From: an uncultured Clostridia bacterium
Lineage (GTDB): Bacteria; Bacillota; Clostridia; TANB77; CAG-508
Direction of reading: 5' to 3'
NCBI GenBank assembly: GCA_947626885.1
Contig: CANQTX010000004.1
Span: forward strand, 1,735 to 65,734
DNA length: 64,000 nt
Made by a program: the position numbers and the translations under genes. This document shows, in pieces, positions 19,215 through 29,161 of this stretch. Position 1 is the first letter of the stretch. Every line of letters begins with the position of its first letter. The notes below the pieces were generated by a model. That model made no database searches. It saw only the letters and a program-made list of their open reading frames with translations, and was not told the origin of the DNA.

Positions 19215-21500
19215 ATGGTAAAGAGTACTATTAGTAAATCTATTTCTAGATGGTGGAATAAAAAAATGCATATAATAATAATTACGATATTATTTATTAT
19301 ACTAGGTGCTTTATATACGTATTATTTTGTTAAACCAGATTATGCATCCGCGACAACTTTAATGTTAAGTAAAATAAATTCTTCTGCTGTTGGTGAAACG
19401 GATCTTTCTAAAAATGTTGATGAAATAGTCCAATCAGAATTTTTAGTAAATGATAATATGATTTCTACTTATAATGAATTAATTAAAAGTAATACATGCA
19501 TCCGAAAAGTAATCAGGTCCTTAGGAATTACTATGAAGGAAAATGAGTTAAAAAAAGCAGTACACATTAAAAGAGTTTCAAAAACAAATTTTATACAAAT
19601 TATTGTTGCCAATGAAGATCCTATATTAGCTAGTGAAATAGCCAATGAAATGGCTAAAGTCTTTTCAGAAAAAGTACGAGAGATTTATCATATAGACGAT
19701 ATTTATAATATTGATTTAGCAGTACCAAGTGAAATGCCTTATAACGTACATCATATAAGAGATATATTATTATTTGGAATTGTTGGTTTTATGGTTTCAT
19801 GTGGCTATATAGGGATTATTGTTAAGCTAGATACTAGAATCAAAAGTCATACAGATATAGAAACAGAAGAAGTAGGATTACAAATGTTAATGAGAATACC
19901 TATTACAAAAGAAAAAAAATATGAGGTACCTAAACAGCAATTTCTTATAGATGAAAATGGAAAAACATCTGCTACTTGTCATGCTTTTAAAACACTAAGA
20001 ACAAATGTACAATTTAGTAATAGAAATGAGAAAAATCATAAAGTCATATTGATTACTAGTTGTTTTCCCTTAGAAGGAAAAAGTTATATAGCAACAAATT
20101 TATCTATTGCATTTGCTAAAGCAGGGAAAAAAGTTATGTTAATAGATGCTGATATGCGACATAATACACAGGCTCAAATATTCCAAATTGGAAATGCATT
20201 AGGTCTTTCTAATTATTTATCGAATTTAGATGATAATGGAATGGAGATTAAAGAACGTATCAATCAATTTATTCATGAGACGAGCATAAAGAATTTAAAT
20301 GTCATAACAGCTGGTACACTTCCCCCTAATCCTTCGGAATTATTGAATTCAGATAAATTAAATGAATTAATAAAAGATTTATGTGTGTTTTATGATTATA
20401 TTATTTTTGATGGAACACCAATCGTATCTTCGGAAGATTCATTGATTCTTACTAGAATGGTACATGAAACTATATTGGTTACATTATATAATAAAACAAA
20501 GAAAAAAGAATTATGCCAAGCCAAAGAAGATATTGAAAAGGCGGGAGGTAAAATTATTGGTGTTGTAATCAATAAAGTAACTATGCAACAGTTTAGACAA
20601 CAAGACCAATATGAAAATTACGATAATTATCATTTACATACAAAAAATAGAACGCCAAAGATTCATTGTAAACGAATAAAGATAAGTATTCATAAAATAA
20701 AAGAATATATTTCTAGAAAAATTCAAAAGTATAAAAAACAAGAAACTAAGTTGTTATCATCGCCTCAGGAAGATGATACAACGATAACGCATTTAAATAA
20801 AAAACAAAAAAAGAATCAAGAAAATACTAAAGAAAATGAACAGATGATAATAGAGAGCTTTATTAGACCAGATACTGCAACAGAAAATAAACAAGTTACT
20901 CAGACTAAGGTAAATAAGAAAATACAAGAAAAAATGCAGAAATTTCAAGAAGTGAAGAATAATAAGCTACAGATAATAAAGCAAAAACAAAAGACATTAG
21001 TTGAAAAACGAGAAGAAAGAAAACAAGAAAAAGCAGCAAAAGAAGCAGAAATTTTAAAAGAAAAAGAAAAGGAACGCGTGGAGAGGGAAAAAGAAGAGAA
21101 AATATTAGCTGAAGTAAGGGAGCAAGAGAGATTAGAAAAACAAAAGGAAAAAGAAGCATTTGCCAAAAAAATAGAGGAAGAAAAAAAACAAAAGCAAGAA
21201 GAAAAAATGCAATTAGCTAAAATAAAAGAGGCACAAGCAATTGCTAGAAAAGAACGTTTAGAGAAATTAGCTAAATTAAGAGAAGAAGAAAAACAGGAAA
21301 AAGAGAGAAATCGATTAGCGGAAAAGCATAGAAGAGAAGTGTTTAAGCAAGAATTGAATATGAAAAGAATGCAAGAAAAGGAAGAAAAGCGAAGAGCAAA
21401 GGAAATGGAAAGACAAAGACAAAAAGAAGAAGAAAGAATACAAGAAGAATTACTAGAAGATAATTTATATCCAAAGACCAAATATAATAAAAGTTTATAA
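19215..21500 (+). CDS. Fused CpsC/CpsD (Wzc-type) polysaccharide co-polymerase and tyrosine autokinase with a long charged C-terminal extension
   Basis: Two TMs around a Wzz-like loop; FKTLRTN, Walker A PLEGKS, LIDADMR, PPNPSELL, IIFDGTP, GVVINK; Tyr cluster QYENYDNY; then ~280 extra aa including an E/K/R-rich helix. ATG at 19215 follows GGAGGG. Confidence 0.85.
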   Translation: MVKSTISKSISRWWNKKMHIIIITILFIILGALYTYYFVKPDYASATTLMLSKINSSAVGETDLSKNVDEIVQSEFLVNDNMISTYNELIKSNTCIRKVIRSLGITMKENELKKAVHIKRVSKTNFIQIIVANEDPILASEIANEMAKVFSEKVREIYHIDDIYNIDLAVPSEMPYNVHHIRDILLFGIVGFMVSCGYIGIIVKLDTRIKSHTDIETEEVGLQMLMRIPITKEKKYEVPKQQFLIDENGKTSATCHAFKTLRTNVQFSNRNEKNHKVILITSCFPLEGKSYIATNLSIAFAKAGKKVMLIDADMRHNTQAQIFQIGNALGLSNYLSNLDDNGMEIKERINQFIHETSIKNLNVITAGTLPPNPSELLNSDKLNELIKDLCVFYDYIIFDGTPIVSSEDSLILTRMVHETILVTLYNKTKKKELCQAKEDIEKAGGKIIGVVINKVTMQQFRQQDQYENYDNYHLHTKNRTPKIHCKRIKISIHKIKEYISRKIQKYKKQETKLLSSPQEDDTTITHLNKKQKKNQENTKENEQMIIESFIRPDTATENKQVTQTKVNKKIQEKMQKFQEVKNNKLQIIKQKQKTLVEKREERKQEKAAKEAEILKEKEKERVEREKEEKILAEVREQERLEKQKEKEAFAKKIEEEKKQKQEEKMQLAKIKEAQAIARKERLEKLAKLREEEKQEKERNRLAEKHRREVFKQELNMKRMQEKEEKRRAKEMERQRQKEEERIQEELLEDNLYPKTKYNKSL

Positions 21501-21681
21501 TTTAAAATAGTAGTCAATAGTTTCTTTGTGGATGAAAAGGTATATTTTTCATAAAATATTAGATAATAAAATAAATTATAAAAAAACAGATAAACATATT
21601 GAAATTGTCAGAATATAAATATATAATATAACAAATAAAAAAAATATTATATCGATATAATTTCCTAGGGGGAGGGATTAT

Positions 21682-23037
21682 TTGAGAAAATACTTTGGAA
21701 CGGATGGTATTAGAAGAATTGCTAATACAGAGCTTACACCAGATTTGGTTTTTAGAGTAGCAAAAGCAGGGGCTTATGTATTAGCAAAACATACCAATCA
21801 TGCACCTACTATTTTAATAGGAAGGGATACACGAATTTCAGGTACTTTAATCGAAAGTGCTATGACGGCAGGATTTTTAAGCTATGGAGCTAATGTAAAA
21901 TCATTAGGAGTTATGCCAACTCCAGCAGTAGCATATCTTACAAGAAAAATGAATGCAGACGCTGGTGTAGTTATTTCAGCTTCTCATAATACTTATGAAT
22001 TTAATGGTATTAAATATTTTAGTAATCAAGGAATGAAAATACCAGATGATATAGAAAAAGAAATAGAAGAAGTTATGGATTCTAATAAACTTTCTACATT
22101 AACAGCAGTAAATGATAAGATTGGTATTGCAGAAATGCATACCGAATACATAGAACAATATGTACAATTCTTTACAGATATTTTTAAGACAGATTTTAAA
22201 AATAGTGAAATAACGATTGGGATTGATACAGCTAATGGTGCAACATCGCAAGTAGCAGAAACGATATTTAAACGACTTGGGATTGCATATAAAGTTATTG
22301 CAAATCAGCCCAATGGTATTAATATTAATGAAAACTGTGGTTCAACATATTTAAAAAATATATCTGATTTTGTTAAAGAAAATCATTTAGATTTAGGTAT
22401 TGCTTATGATGGCGATGGAGATAGGTGTTTAGCTGTTGATGAAAATGGTAATCCTATTGATGGAGATATTATTATGGCAATAATTGCCGAATGTTTAAGC
22501 CAAAAAGAACAACTAAATCAAAATACATTAGTAGCAACTGTTATGAGTAACTTAGGATTAAAAAAATATGCAGAAGAAAATCAAATACAGTTTGTACAAA
22601 CCAAAGTGGGTGATCGATATGTATTAGCTGAAATGTTAAATAAAGGATATAATTTAGGAGGAGAGCAATCTGGTCATATTATTTTATTAGATTATAATCC
22701 TACAGGAGATGGTATTCTTACTTCTTTAATGTTGATAAAAGCAATATTAGAAAAAAAGAAGAAAGCATCACAAGTTGCTAATATTATTCATATTTATCCT
22801 CAAGTATTACTGAATGCTAATGTAGCATCTGAGAAAAAATATGATTATGAAAAGGATAAAGAAATAGCAAAAGCAATTCAAGAGTTAGAAACAGAATTTT
22901 CTGGTAGAGGAAGAGTGCTTATTAGACCATCTGGAACAGAACCGAAAGTGAGAGTTATGATTGAAGGAGAAGATATTCATTATATTACCAAAAAAGCAAA
23001 GCAATTAGTAGCATTATTAGAGAAAAAACTAAAGTAA
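21682..23037 (+). CDS. glmM: Phosphoglucosamine mutase
   Basis: YFGTDGIR, ISASHN, DGDGDR, GGEQSGH, RPSGTEP; TTG start after GGAGG. Confidence 0.96.
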   Translation: MRKYFGTDGIRRIANTELTPDLVFRVAKAGAYVLAKHTNHAPTILIGRDTRISGTLIESAMTAGFLSYGANVKSLGVMPTPAVAYLTRKMNADAGVVISASHNTYEFNGIKYFSNQGMKIPDDIEKEIEEVMDSNKLSTLTAVNDKIGIAEMHTEYIEQYVQFFTDIFKTDFKNSEITIGIDTANGATSQVAETIFKRLGIAYKVIANQPNGININENCGSTYLKNISDFVKENHLDLGIAYDGDGDRCLAVDENGNPIDGDIIMAIIAECLSQKEQLNQNTLVATVMSNLGLKKYAEENQIQFVQTKVGDRYVLAEMLNKGYNLGGEQSGHIILLDYNPTGDGILTSLMLIKAILEKKKKASQVANIIHIYPQVLLNANVASEKKYDYEKDKEIAKAIQELETEFSGRGRVLIRPSGTEPKVRVMIEGEDIHYITKKAKQLVALLEKKLK

Positions 23038-23056
23038 TGGAGGAAAAGGAACAACA

Positions 23057-24325
23057 ATGAATCAGATTGAAATGACAGAGAAAAATTGGATTACAACAAA
23101 GGCATATCAAAATGCAAGTGCAATAACTTCAGAAGGTAGTAGTAAGCGATTAGATAATTGTGTTATTGACATACCAAATGTAATTACTTTAAGAGATTAT
23201 ATAGCTGAGAAAGAGCGAAAAGAAAATGCTTTTCAATTAGATGGCGAAGATGTATCTTTATATGAGGATGAAAAGTTATCGAAAGTATATGTTTTACCAG
23301 TTCTTTTACCCGATGGGCAACAAGTGAAAGTGATTGTAAATCAAAAGGGGCAAGACATGGCATGTGTTTTTGAAGACGAAGAGGGAAATATAAGTACTTT
23401 CACTTTAACTCCAAGGATGAAAAAGGAAATTACGGCTGTTGGAATAGAAAGTAAAGATATTCGTGTACTAGATGCATTATATCCAGAGACATTAAATGCA
23501 TTTGCAGAAGAAATTTCAAAAGATACACTAATACCTAAGACTCAAGAAAAAGCAATAGAAAAAATAAACCATAAGATGCCAGATGCTAAAGTAAATGTTC
23601 CTAATGAAGAGGTGAAACAAGAAGTAGAACAAAATGAAGAAATTCCTGAAGAAATACGAGATAAAATAGCAACCATTTGTAGTGAAAATCCAGATTGTCA
23701 TATAGAAGATTTAAAACAAATTATTTATGTAAGAAACCCTAATAGTATAACAGATAAAATAGAGAATACGGGATTAAACTATGAAAGAGGAGAAGTTGTA
23801 TGTTTACGTTTTAAAGGAAAAGAAATTTCTGGTAATGATAGAATCATGATGCTACAAGGGGATAGAACGATTGATAAAAGAGAATATGATGCAGATATGT
23901 CTGTTTTGATGGATAAAGAGTATCCTAAAGAGAAAATTGATAATTTGGAAGATAAAAATATGAAAATTTCTTATACAGACTTAGATAATCATACGTATAT
24001 TTCAGAAATACAAAGAGAACCAAGAGATTTAACATTAATGCAAAAACAAATAATGTTAAAAGAATTAGAAACGATTAACCAAAATGAAAAAAAGATATGG
24101 AATAGTGATTTACCAATAGAAGATAAAGCAAGAGAAATGATAAAAATTAATAATAAAAGAATAGAAGTGTTTAAAAAATATGGCATTAGTGTACCTAATA
24201 TAGAATTAGAGATAAAAGCAGATAATGACATATCAAAAAAGGTATTAGAGGATAATAAAAATGTAGATGATGATGCAGATGGAAGAGACCCAAGAGATCC
24301 AATAGAAATATTAAATCACCGGTAG
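23057..24325 (+). CDS. Hypothetical acidic soluble protein (may extend to 24344 by a +1 shift at CGG)
   Basis: 422-aa ORF with RBS GGAGG and host-like codon usage; no known motif. Confidence 0.75.
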   Translation: MNQIEMTEKNWITTKAYQNASAITSEGSSKRLDNCVIDIPNVITLRDYIAEKERKENAFQLDGEDVSLYEDEKLSKVYVLPVLLPDGQQVKVIVNQKGQDMACVFEDEEGNISTFTLTPRMKKEITAVGIESKDIRVLDALYPETLNAFAEEISKDTLIPKTQEKAIEKINHKMPDAKVNVPNEEVKQEVEQNEEIPEEIRDKIATICSENPDCHIEDLKQIIYVRNPNSITDKIENTGLNYERGEVVCLRFKGKEISGNDRIMMLQGDRTIDKREYDADMSVLMDKEYPKEKIDNLEDKNMKISYTDLDNHTYISEIQREPRDLTLMQKQIMLKELETINQNEKKIWNSDLPIEDKAREMIKINNKRIEVFKKYGISVPNIELEIKADNDISKKVLEDNKNVDDDADGRDPRDPIEILNHR

Positions 24326-24415
24326 AGAAGAAAAGAGATTCTAAAAATACAAAAGTGTTTATAACATAATATATGATAATAAAAAATGAATATAAAAAAC
24401 AAAGGAGGAAAAAAG

Positions 24416-24751
24416 ATGAGTTTTTTATTAAATACAGCCAATCCCATAATTGTATTATTATATACAATTATAGCAGTGTGTTTGATAATACTAGGAAAAA
24501 AATTTGAAGTATCAATATTACCAGGGGCACTTGTTATATTCAGTATTATATTGTTAATTAGCCATTCTTTACAATTAGAGGGGGCAACTGAATCTGTAAT
24601 GATTTCGCAATCTTATATTTGTTTATCATTTGATTTTATATTATTACTATTAAGTTTTTTAGCTTACCTTTGGATTGATAATATTGTTTCTAAGAAGAAA
24701 AACAAGAAAAGTTATGATGATGGATTGTCTTGGTTTTGGGACAAAATTTAA
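24416..24751 (+). CDS. Small 3-TM membrane protein, unknown function
   Basis: RBS AAGGAGG; three hydrophobic segments; C-terminal DDGLSWFWDKI. Confidence 0.75.
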   Translation: MSFLLNTANPIIVLLYTIIAVCLIILGKKFEVSILPGALVIFSIILLISHSLQLEGATESVMISQSYICLSFDFILLLLSFLAYLWIDNIVSKKKNKKSYDDGLSWFWDKI

Positions 24752-24770
24752 AATACTTTAGGAGTAGAAA

Positions 24771-26372
24771 ATGGGTAAACAAAATATTTTAATAGGTGGT
24801 GCATGGCCATATGCTAATAGTTCTTTGCATTTAGGTCATATTGCTGGCTTAATTTCAGGAGATATGCTTGCAAGATATCATAGATTAAAGGGAGACAATG
24901 TATTGTATGTGTCTGGTTCTGATTGCCATGGCACACCTATTACAGAAAGAGCAAAAAAAGAAGGAGTTTCTCCAAAAGAAATTGCAAGCAAATATGATGA
25001 TGAATTTCGTAGAATGTTTGAAGGATATCAATTTTCTTATGATTTATATTCTAGAACGTTTGATACGTATCATAAAGATAAAGTAAAAATATTATTTAGA
25101 AAATTATATGATAATGGTTATATATATGAAAAAGTAGAACCACAACCTTTTTGCGAAAACTGTCATCAATTTTTGTCAGATAGAGAAATTTTATTAACCT
25201 GTCCAGAATGTGGAGCAGAAACAAAAGGGGATCAATGTGATAATTGTTTACATGTGCCACTAGCAGAGGAATTGAAAGCAGGAAGCTGTATAACATGTGG
25301 CTCTAAAATTATAGAGAAGGAAAATAAAGTATTATATTTAGCCCTTTCTAAATTTCAAAAAGCTATTGAAGAACAAACTGAAAAAGTAAAGTCGCATTGG
25401 AGGATTAATGCCCAAAACGAAACTATTAAGTATTTAAAACAAGGTCTTTTAGATAGGGCGGTTACTAGAGACTTAACATGGGGAATCGATATTCCAGTAG
25501 ATGGTTATGAAGATAAAAAAATGTATGTTTGGATAGATGCTGTTTTAGGATATTTAACCGATACAATGAAACTTTGTGAGAATAGAACAGATTGTACTTG
25601 GGAAGATTTTTGGAAAGAAGGACATCATAATAAAATTTATATGTGTCATGGTAAAGATAATATTATGTTTCATAGTATTATTTTAAATGCATTATTATTA
25701 GGACAAGAAGAAAATTATCATTTAGTAGATACCATTGTTTCAGCAGAATATTTGAACTTTAATGATCAAAAATTTTCTAAGAGTAAGGGAATTGGTATAA
25801 CAGCTTTGGAAGCATTAGAACAATATGAATCAGATTCATTAAGATATCATTTATTAGCAAACGGACCAGAAAAAAAAGATACAAACTTTACCATAGAGGA
25901 CTTTGAAAATACGCATAATGGAGAAATTCTTAATAAATTTGGAAATTTAGTGAATCGAACATTAAGATTTAAAGGGTTGGAAAAAATTCCAGAAGGAATA
26001 TTAGATGAGACAATAAAACAGGAAATAGAAAAAACCTATCAGGAAGTGGGAAGATTAATAGAAGCATTAGAATTTAGAGAAGCAATTAAAAAAATGATGA
26101 ATCTTGTTGAAATAACAAATAAATTTTATGATGAAAAAGAACCTTGGATAGCTAAAAAAGATAATATTAAACAATTTAATAATACCATTTATACATGTAG
26201 TGTTGTTATAGCGAATTTGTCTAATTTATTTGAAATTGTTATGCCAACAGCATGTCAAAAAATTAGAAATTATTTACATCTTGAAAAACCTACTTGGCAT
26301 ATGGTAACTGTACAGCCAGGTTTAGCATTAGAAAATATTAAACCATTATTTAAAAGAATTGAAAAAAAATAA
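24771..26372 (+). CDS. metG: Methionine--tRNA ligase (short form, no C-terminal OB domain)
   Basis: WPYANSSLHLGH, GSDCHGTPI, Zn knuckles, YVWIDA, HGKDNI, KFSKS. Confidence 0.95.
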   Translation: MGKQNILIGGAWPYANSSLHLGHIAGLISGDMLARYHRLKGDNVLYVSGSDCHGTPITERAKKEGVSPKEIASKYDDEFRRMFEGYQFSYDLYSRTFDTYHKDKVKILFRKLYDNGYIYEKVEPQPFCENCHQFLSDREILLTCPECGAETKGDQCDNCLHVPLAEELKAGSCITCGSKIIEKENKVLYLALSKFQKAIEEQTEKVKSHWRINAQNETIKYLKQGLLDRAVTRDLTWGIDIPVDGYEDKKMYVWIDAVLGYLTDTMKLCENRTDCTWEDFWKEGHHNKIYMCHGKDNIMFHSIILNALLLGQEENYHLVDTIVSAEYLNFNDQKFSKSKGIGITALEALEQYESDSLRYHLLANGPEKKDTNFTIEDFENTHNGEILNKFGNLVNRTLRFKGLEKIPEGILDETIKQEIEKTYQEVGRLIEALEFREAIKKMMNLVEITNKFYDEKEPWIAKKDNIKQFNNTIYTCSVVIANLSNLFEIVMPTACQKIRNYLHLEKPTWHMVTVQPGLALENIKPLFKRIEKK

Positions 26373-26435
26373 TATGATGGCCAATGAAAATTCATCTCTA
26401 TAAATACCAAAAATTAGAAAGTAAAGGGATAAGAT

Positions 26436-27116
26436 ATGGGAAAAATATTTGTAATTGAAGGAACTGATGGAAGTGGAAAACAAACACAATTCAATATGTT
26501 AAAAGAGCGATTGACACTAGAAAAAATTAATCACAAAACAGTAAGCTTTCCTAATTATGATAGTCCATCTTCTTCACTTGTCAAAATGTATTTATCTGGT
26601 GAATTTGGTGAAAATGCAAAAGATATTAGTCCATATATTGCATCAACATTCTATGCAGTAGACCGATATGCCACTTTTCAAAAAGGATTTCAAGAGTATT
26701 ATCAAAAGGGCGGTATTATTTTAGCAGATCGTTATACAACAGCTAATATGGTTCATCAAATGGGAAAAATAAAAGATGAAGAAGAAAGAAAAAAATTCTT
26801 AAATTGGTTATTTGATTTAGAATTTCATATATATGGCCTTCCTATTCCAACAAAGGTTTTCTTTTTAAATATGCCGCCTAAAAATGCGCAAGCATTAATG
26901 AAAAAACGTGAAAATAAGTTTACGCATGCATTAGCAAAAGATATTCACGAAAGAGATAAAAAACATTTAGAAGATGCATATAATGCTGCTTGTAGTCTTG
27001 TAAATCAATATAATTGGTATGAAGTAAAATGCACAAGAGAAGATAATATTCGAACAAGAGAAGATATTCATGAAGAAATTTATCAAGCAGTATTAGAAGA
27101 AATACAAAAGAATTAA
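26436..27116 (+). CDS. tmk: Thymidylate kinase
   Basis: IEGTDGSGKQTQ, SFPNY, ADRY, DIHERD. Confidence 0.88.
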   Translation: MGKIFVIEGTDGSGKQTQFNMLKERLTLEKINHKTVSFPNYDSPSSSLVKMYLSGEFGENAKDISPYIASTFYAVDRYATFQKGFQEYYQKGGIILADRYTTANMVHQMGKIKDEEERKKFLNWLFDLEFHIYGLPIPTKVFFLNMPPKNAQALMKKRENKFTHALAKDIHERDKKHLEDAYNAACSLVNQYNWYEVKCTREDNIRTREDIHEEIYQAVLEEIQKN

Positions 27117-27132
27117 ATCTATGAGGTAGTGT

Positions 27133-28758
27133 ATGAGAGGAAAAATTGTCAATTTATGTATAGGATTTACTAATATTTTATGGGGAATATTAATCATACT
27201 ATTTACTATCTTTGTACCCCAAGATAAAACTCTGTTAACTGTTCAAGAAAGTTATGTTGTAAAGAATATATTAATTGCCATTTATATCACACTTGTAGCA
27301 ATTGTTTTGATTGATGTAATACAGTATTATAATCATAGAAGAGATACGATTTTCAATACGGGATATTTATTTGGTATTTTCGCATTAAGTTTTATATTCA
27401 TTAAAGAACCTATTATTGCTTCTTTTAGTATTATTTCAGGAGCTATTGTTATCTATAAAAGTTTAAAGGAAAATTTAGTAGAAATTGATAGTACTTTCGG
27501 AATTTCTATTGCTGTTGTTTTAATATTTGCTATATTTGTGATTTCTATTTTTTCGTTATCTTATCGTTACATAGGTAATAAAATCAAGAATAAAGAAAAT
27601 CAAGATGAATTAGCTTATACGCAAGATTATTTTAAGTATATCACAGAATTGGGAATAGATGATGTTTATATTAATGTAAAAAAAGATGGAAAGTTTGGTT
27701 ATATCAATCAAAATGGTGATGTAGTAATAGATTATCAATATGATTATGCTAGCCCATTTGTAAAAATTAATATGTATAACAAGCATTTTGAAATTGCTTT
27801 AGTATGTCAAAAAGGAAGTACTTATGTTATTTTGAAGAATCAAAGACCGGTATTATCTTATAGAACAGAATCTTCAGATGAAAATTATGGAGCAAAATTA
27901 GAAGAGTTGCAACACATTTATACAAATGTGTTGGCACAAGAAGGTGATATGCAATATGAGATTGAAAATATAACAAGTCATATGAATAAAGCACCTGTTT
28001 ATCCAGAACTGTCAACAGAATATACATTTCGCTATGATTATAATGAAGAATATGATGTAATTATTACACAGTCGAATTTAGGATTAGGAGATAAATATGA
28101 ATTAGCTAAAAAAGATGATACATCCATTAGAATTCCATTAGATACGACAAAACTGGCATATGATAAAGACTATTTATATTTATACAGCAATGGATCAATA
28201 CCATTTTACGAAATTTCTAAACTATACCAGGGATGGTTTACCAGTTATGGGAAAAAAAATGAAATGCAGGGAAGAGCAGAAATTTTAGAATTTATTGAAG
28301 ATAAAATACTCATTAAAAATTTTAATGACAAAACCATATATTTTATCAATAATGTAGGTGATATTTTATCAGAAAAATATAAAGATATTTATATCTGCAA
28401 TTCTCAAAAATATATAGTACAAACAAATGAAAATAAATACAAAGTTATTAATCAGGATTTCAATAAGATATTTGAAACAGAGTATGATGTTATAAATCCA
28501 CGCTTGATTTCTCAAAATTTGTATTTAGTTATGGATACATCTGAAAGATTATCATCTAATGATTATCACTATGCTACTATGAAATGGAATTTAATTAATG
28601 AAAATGGCAATGTCCTTTTAGATAATATAGAACAAATATATGATCAATATTATGAATTAAAGTCTAATAATGACCAAGATTATCAAACATTTTTGGATAA
28701 GTTGCAAGATATAGAATATCATTTTGTTGGAGATCAATTTTATACCAGTTACAAATAA
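27133..28758 (+). CDS. Membrane protein with N-terminal TMs and a WG-repeat-like extracellular region
   Basis: About five TMs, then VKKDGKFGYINQNGDVVIDYQYDYASPF and degenerate copies. Confidence 0.7.
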   Translation: MRGKIVNLCIGFTNILWGILIILFTIFVPQDKTLLTVQESYVVKNILIAIYITLVAIVLIDVIQYYNHRRDTIFNTGYLFGIFALSFIFIKEPIIASFSIISGAIVIYKSLKENLVEIDSTFGISIAVVLIFAIFVISIFSLSYRYIGNKIKNKENQDELAYTQDYFKYITELGIDDVYINVKKDGKFGYINQNGDVVIDYQYDYASPFVKINMYNKHFEIALVCQKGSTYVILKNQRPVLSYRTESSDENYGAKLEELQHIYTNVLAQEGDMQYEIENITSHMNKAPVYPELSTEYTFRYDYNEEYDVIITQSNLGLGDKYELAKKDDTSIRIPLDTTKLAYDKDYLYLYSNGSIPFYEISKLYQGWFTSYGKKNEMQGRAEILEFIEDKILIKNFNDKTIYFINNVGDILSEKYKDIYICNSQKYIVQTNENKYKVINQDFNKIFETEYDVINPRLISQNLYLVMDTSERLSSNDYHYATMKWNLINENGNVLLDNIEQIYDQYYELKSNNDQDYQTFLDKLQDIEYHFVGDQFYTSYK

Positions 28759-28845
28759 TTAACATCTTAAAAATTAAAAAATTGCAGAAAATAATGATAG
28801 AGCAAAAATCTTGCTCATAAATGTACAAAAATGGAGGATAATATT

Positions 28846-29022
28846 ATGTCAGAAAATAGTAGTCATCAAAAAATACGATGTACAGTTGAAAGTTGTGCCT
28901 TTAATAACTGTGATGCAAGAATGTGTGAGCTACACCAAATAGAAGTGAATGCTTGTCCTGGATGTTCCAGTGGAAAAGCTGAAGATGAATCAATGTGTGG
29001 CAGTTATAAGTGCAAATGTTAA
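28846..29022 (+). CDS. DUF1540 small Cys-rich protein
   Basis: IRCTVESCAFN....C..HQIEV...ESMCGSY pattern; RBS GGAGG. Confidence 0.85.
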   Translation: MSENSSHQKIRCTVESCAFNNCDARMCELHQIEVNACPGCSSGKAEDESMCGSYKCKC

Positions 29023-29027
29023 GTGAT

Positions 29028-29069
29028 AAAATAGCGATATATCTCTTAATGAGATGTATCGCTATTTTT
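29028..29069 (+). terminator. Intrinsic terminator
   Basis: AAAATAGCGATATATCTC / GAGATGTATCGCTATTTT. Confidence 0.8.
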
Positions 29070-29161
29070 AAAGAAAATCTTGACATATATTCTTTAAAAC
29101 TATAAAATAGGAAATGAAAGAAAGTTTATATATTTTTTAGATAATAAGGAGGAATTGAATT

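Noticed and set aside
20945-21517. 190-aa minus-strand ORF (and 20905-21159)
   Set aside because: Antisense shadow of the E/K/R-rich tail. It is F/S/L-rich only because the plus strand is purine-rich.
24898-25086. Short same-strand alternative-frame ORFs inside metG, the GT-C gene (40990) and ispG (56982)
   Set aside because: The host genes are intact in their own frame, and these ORFs have no RBS or motif.
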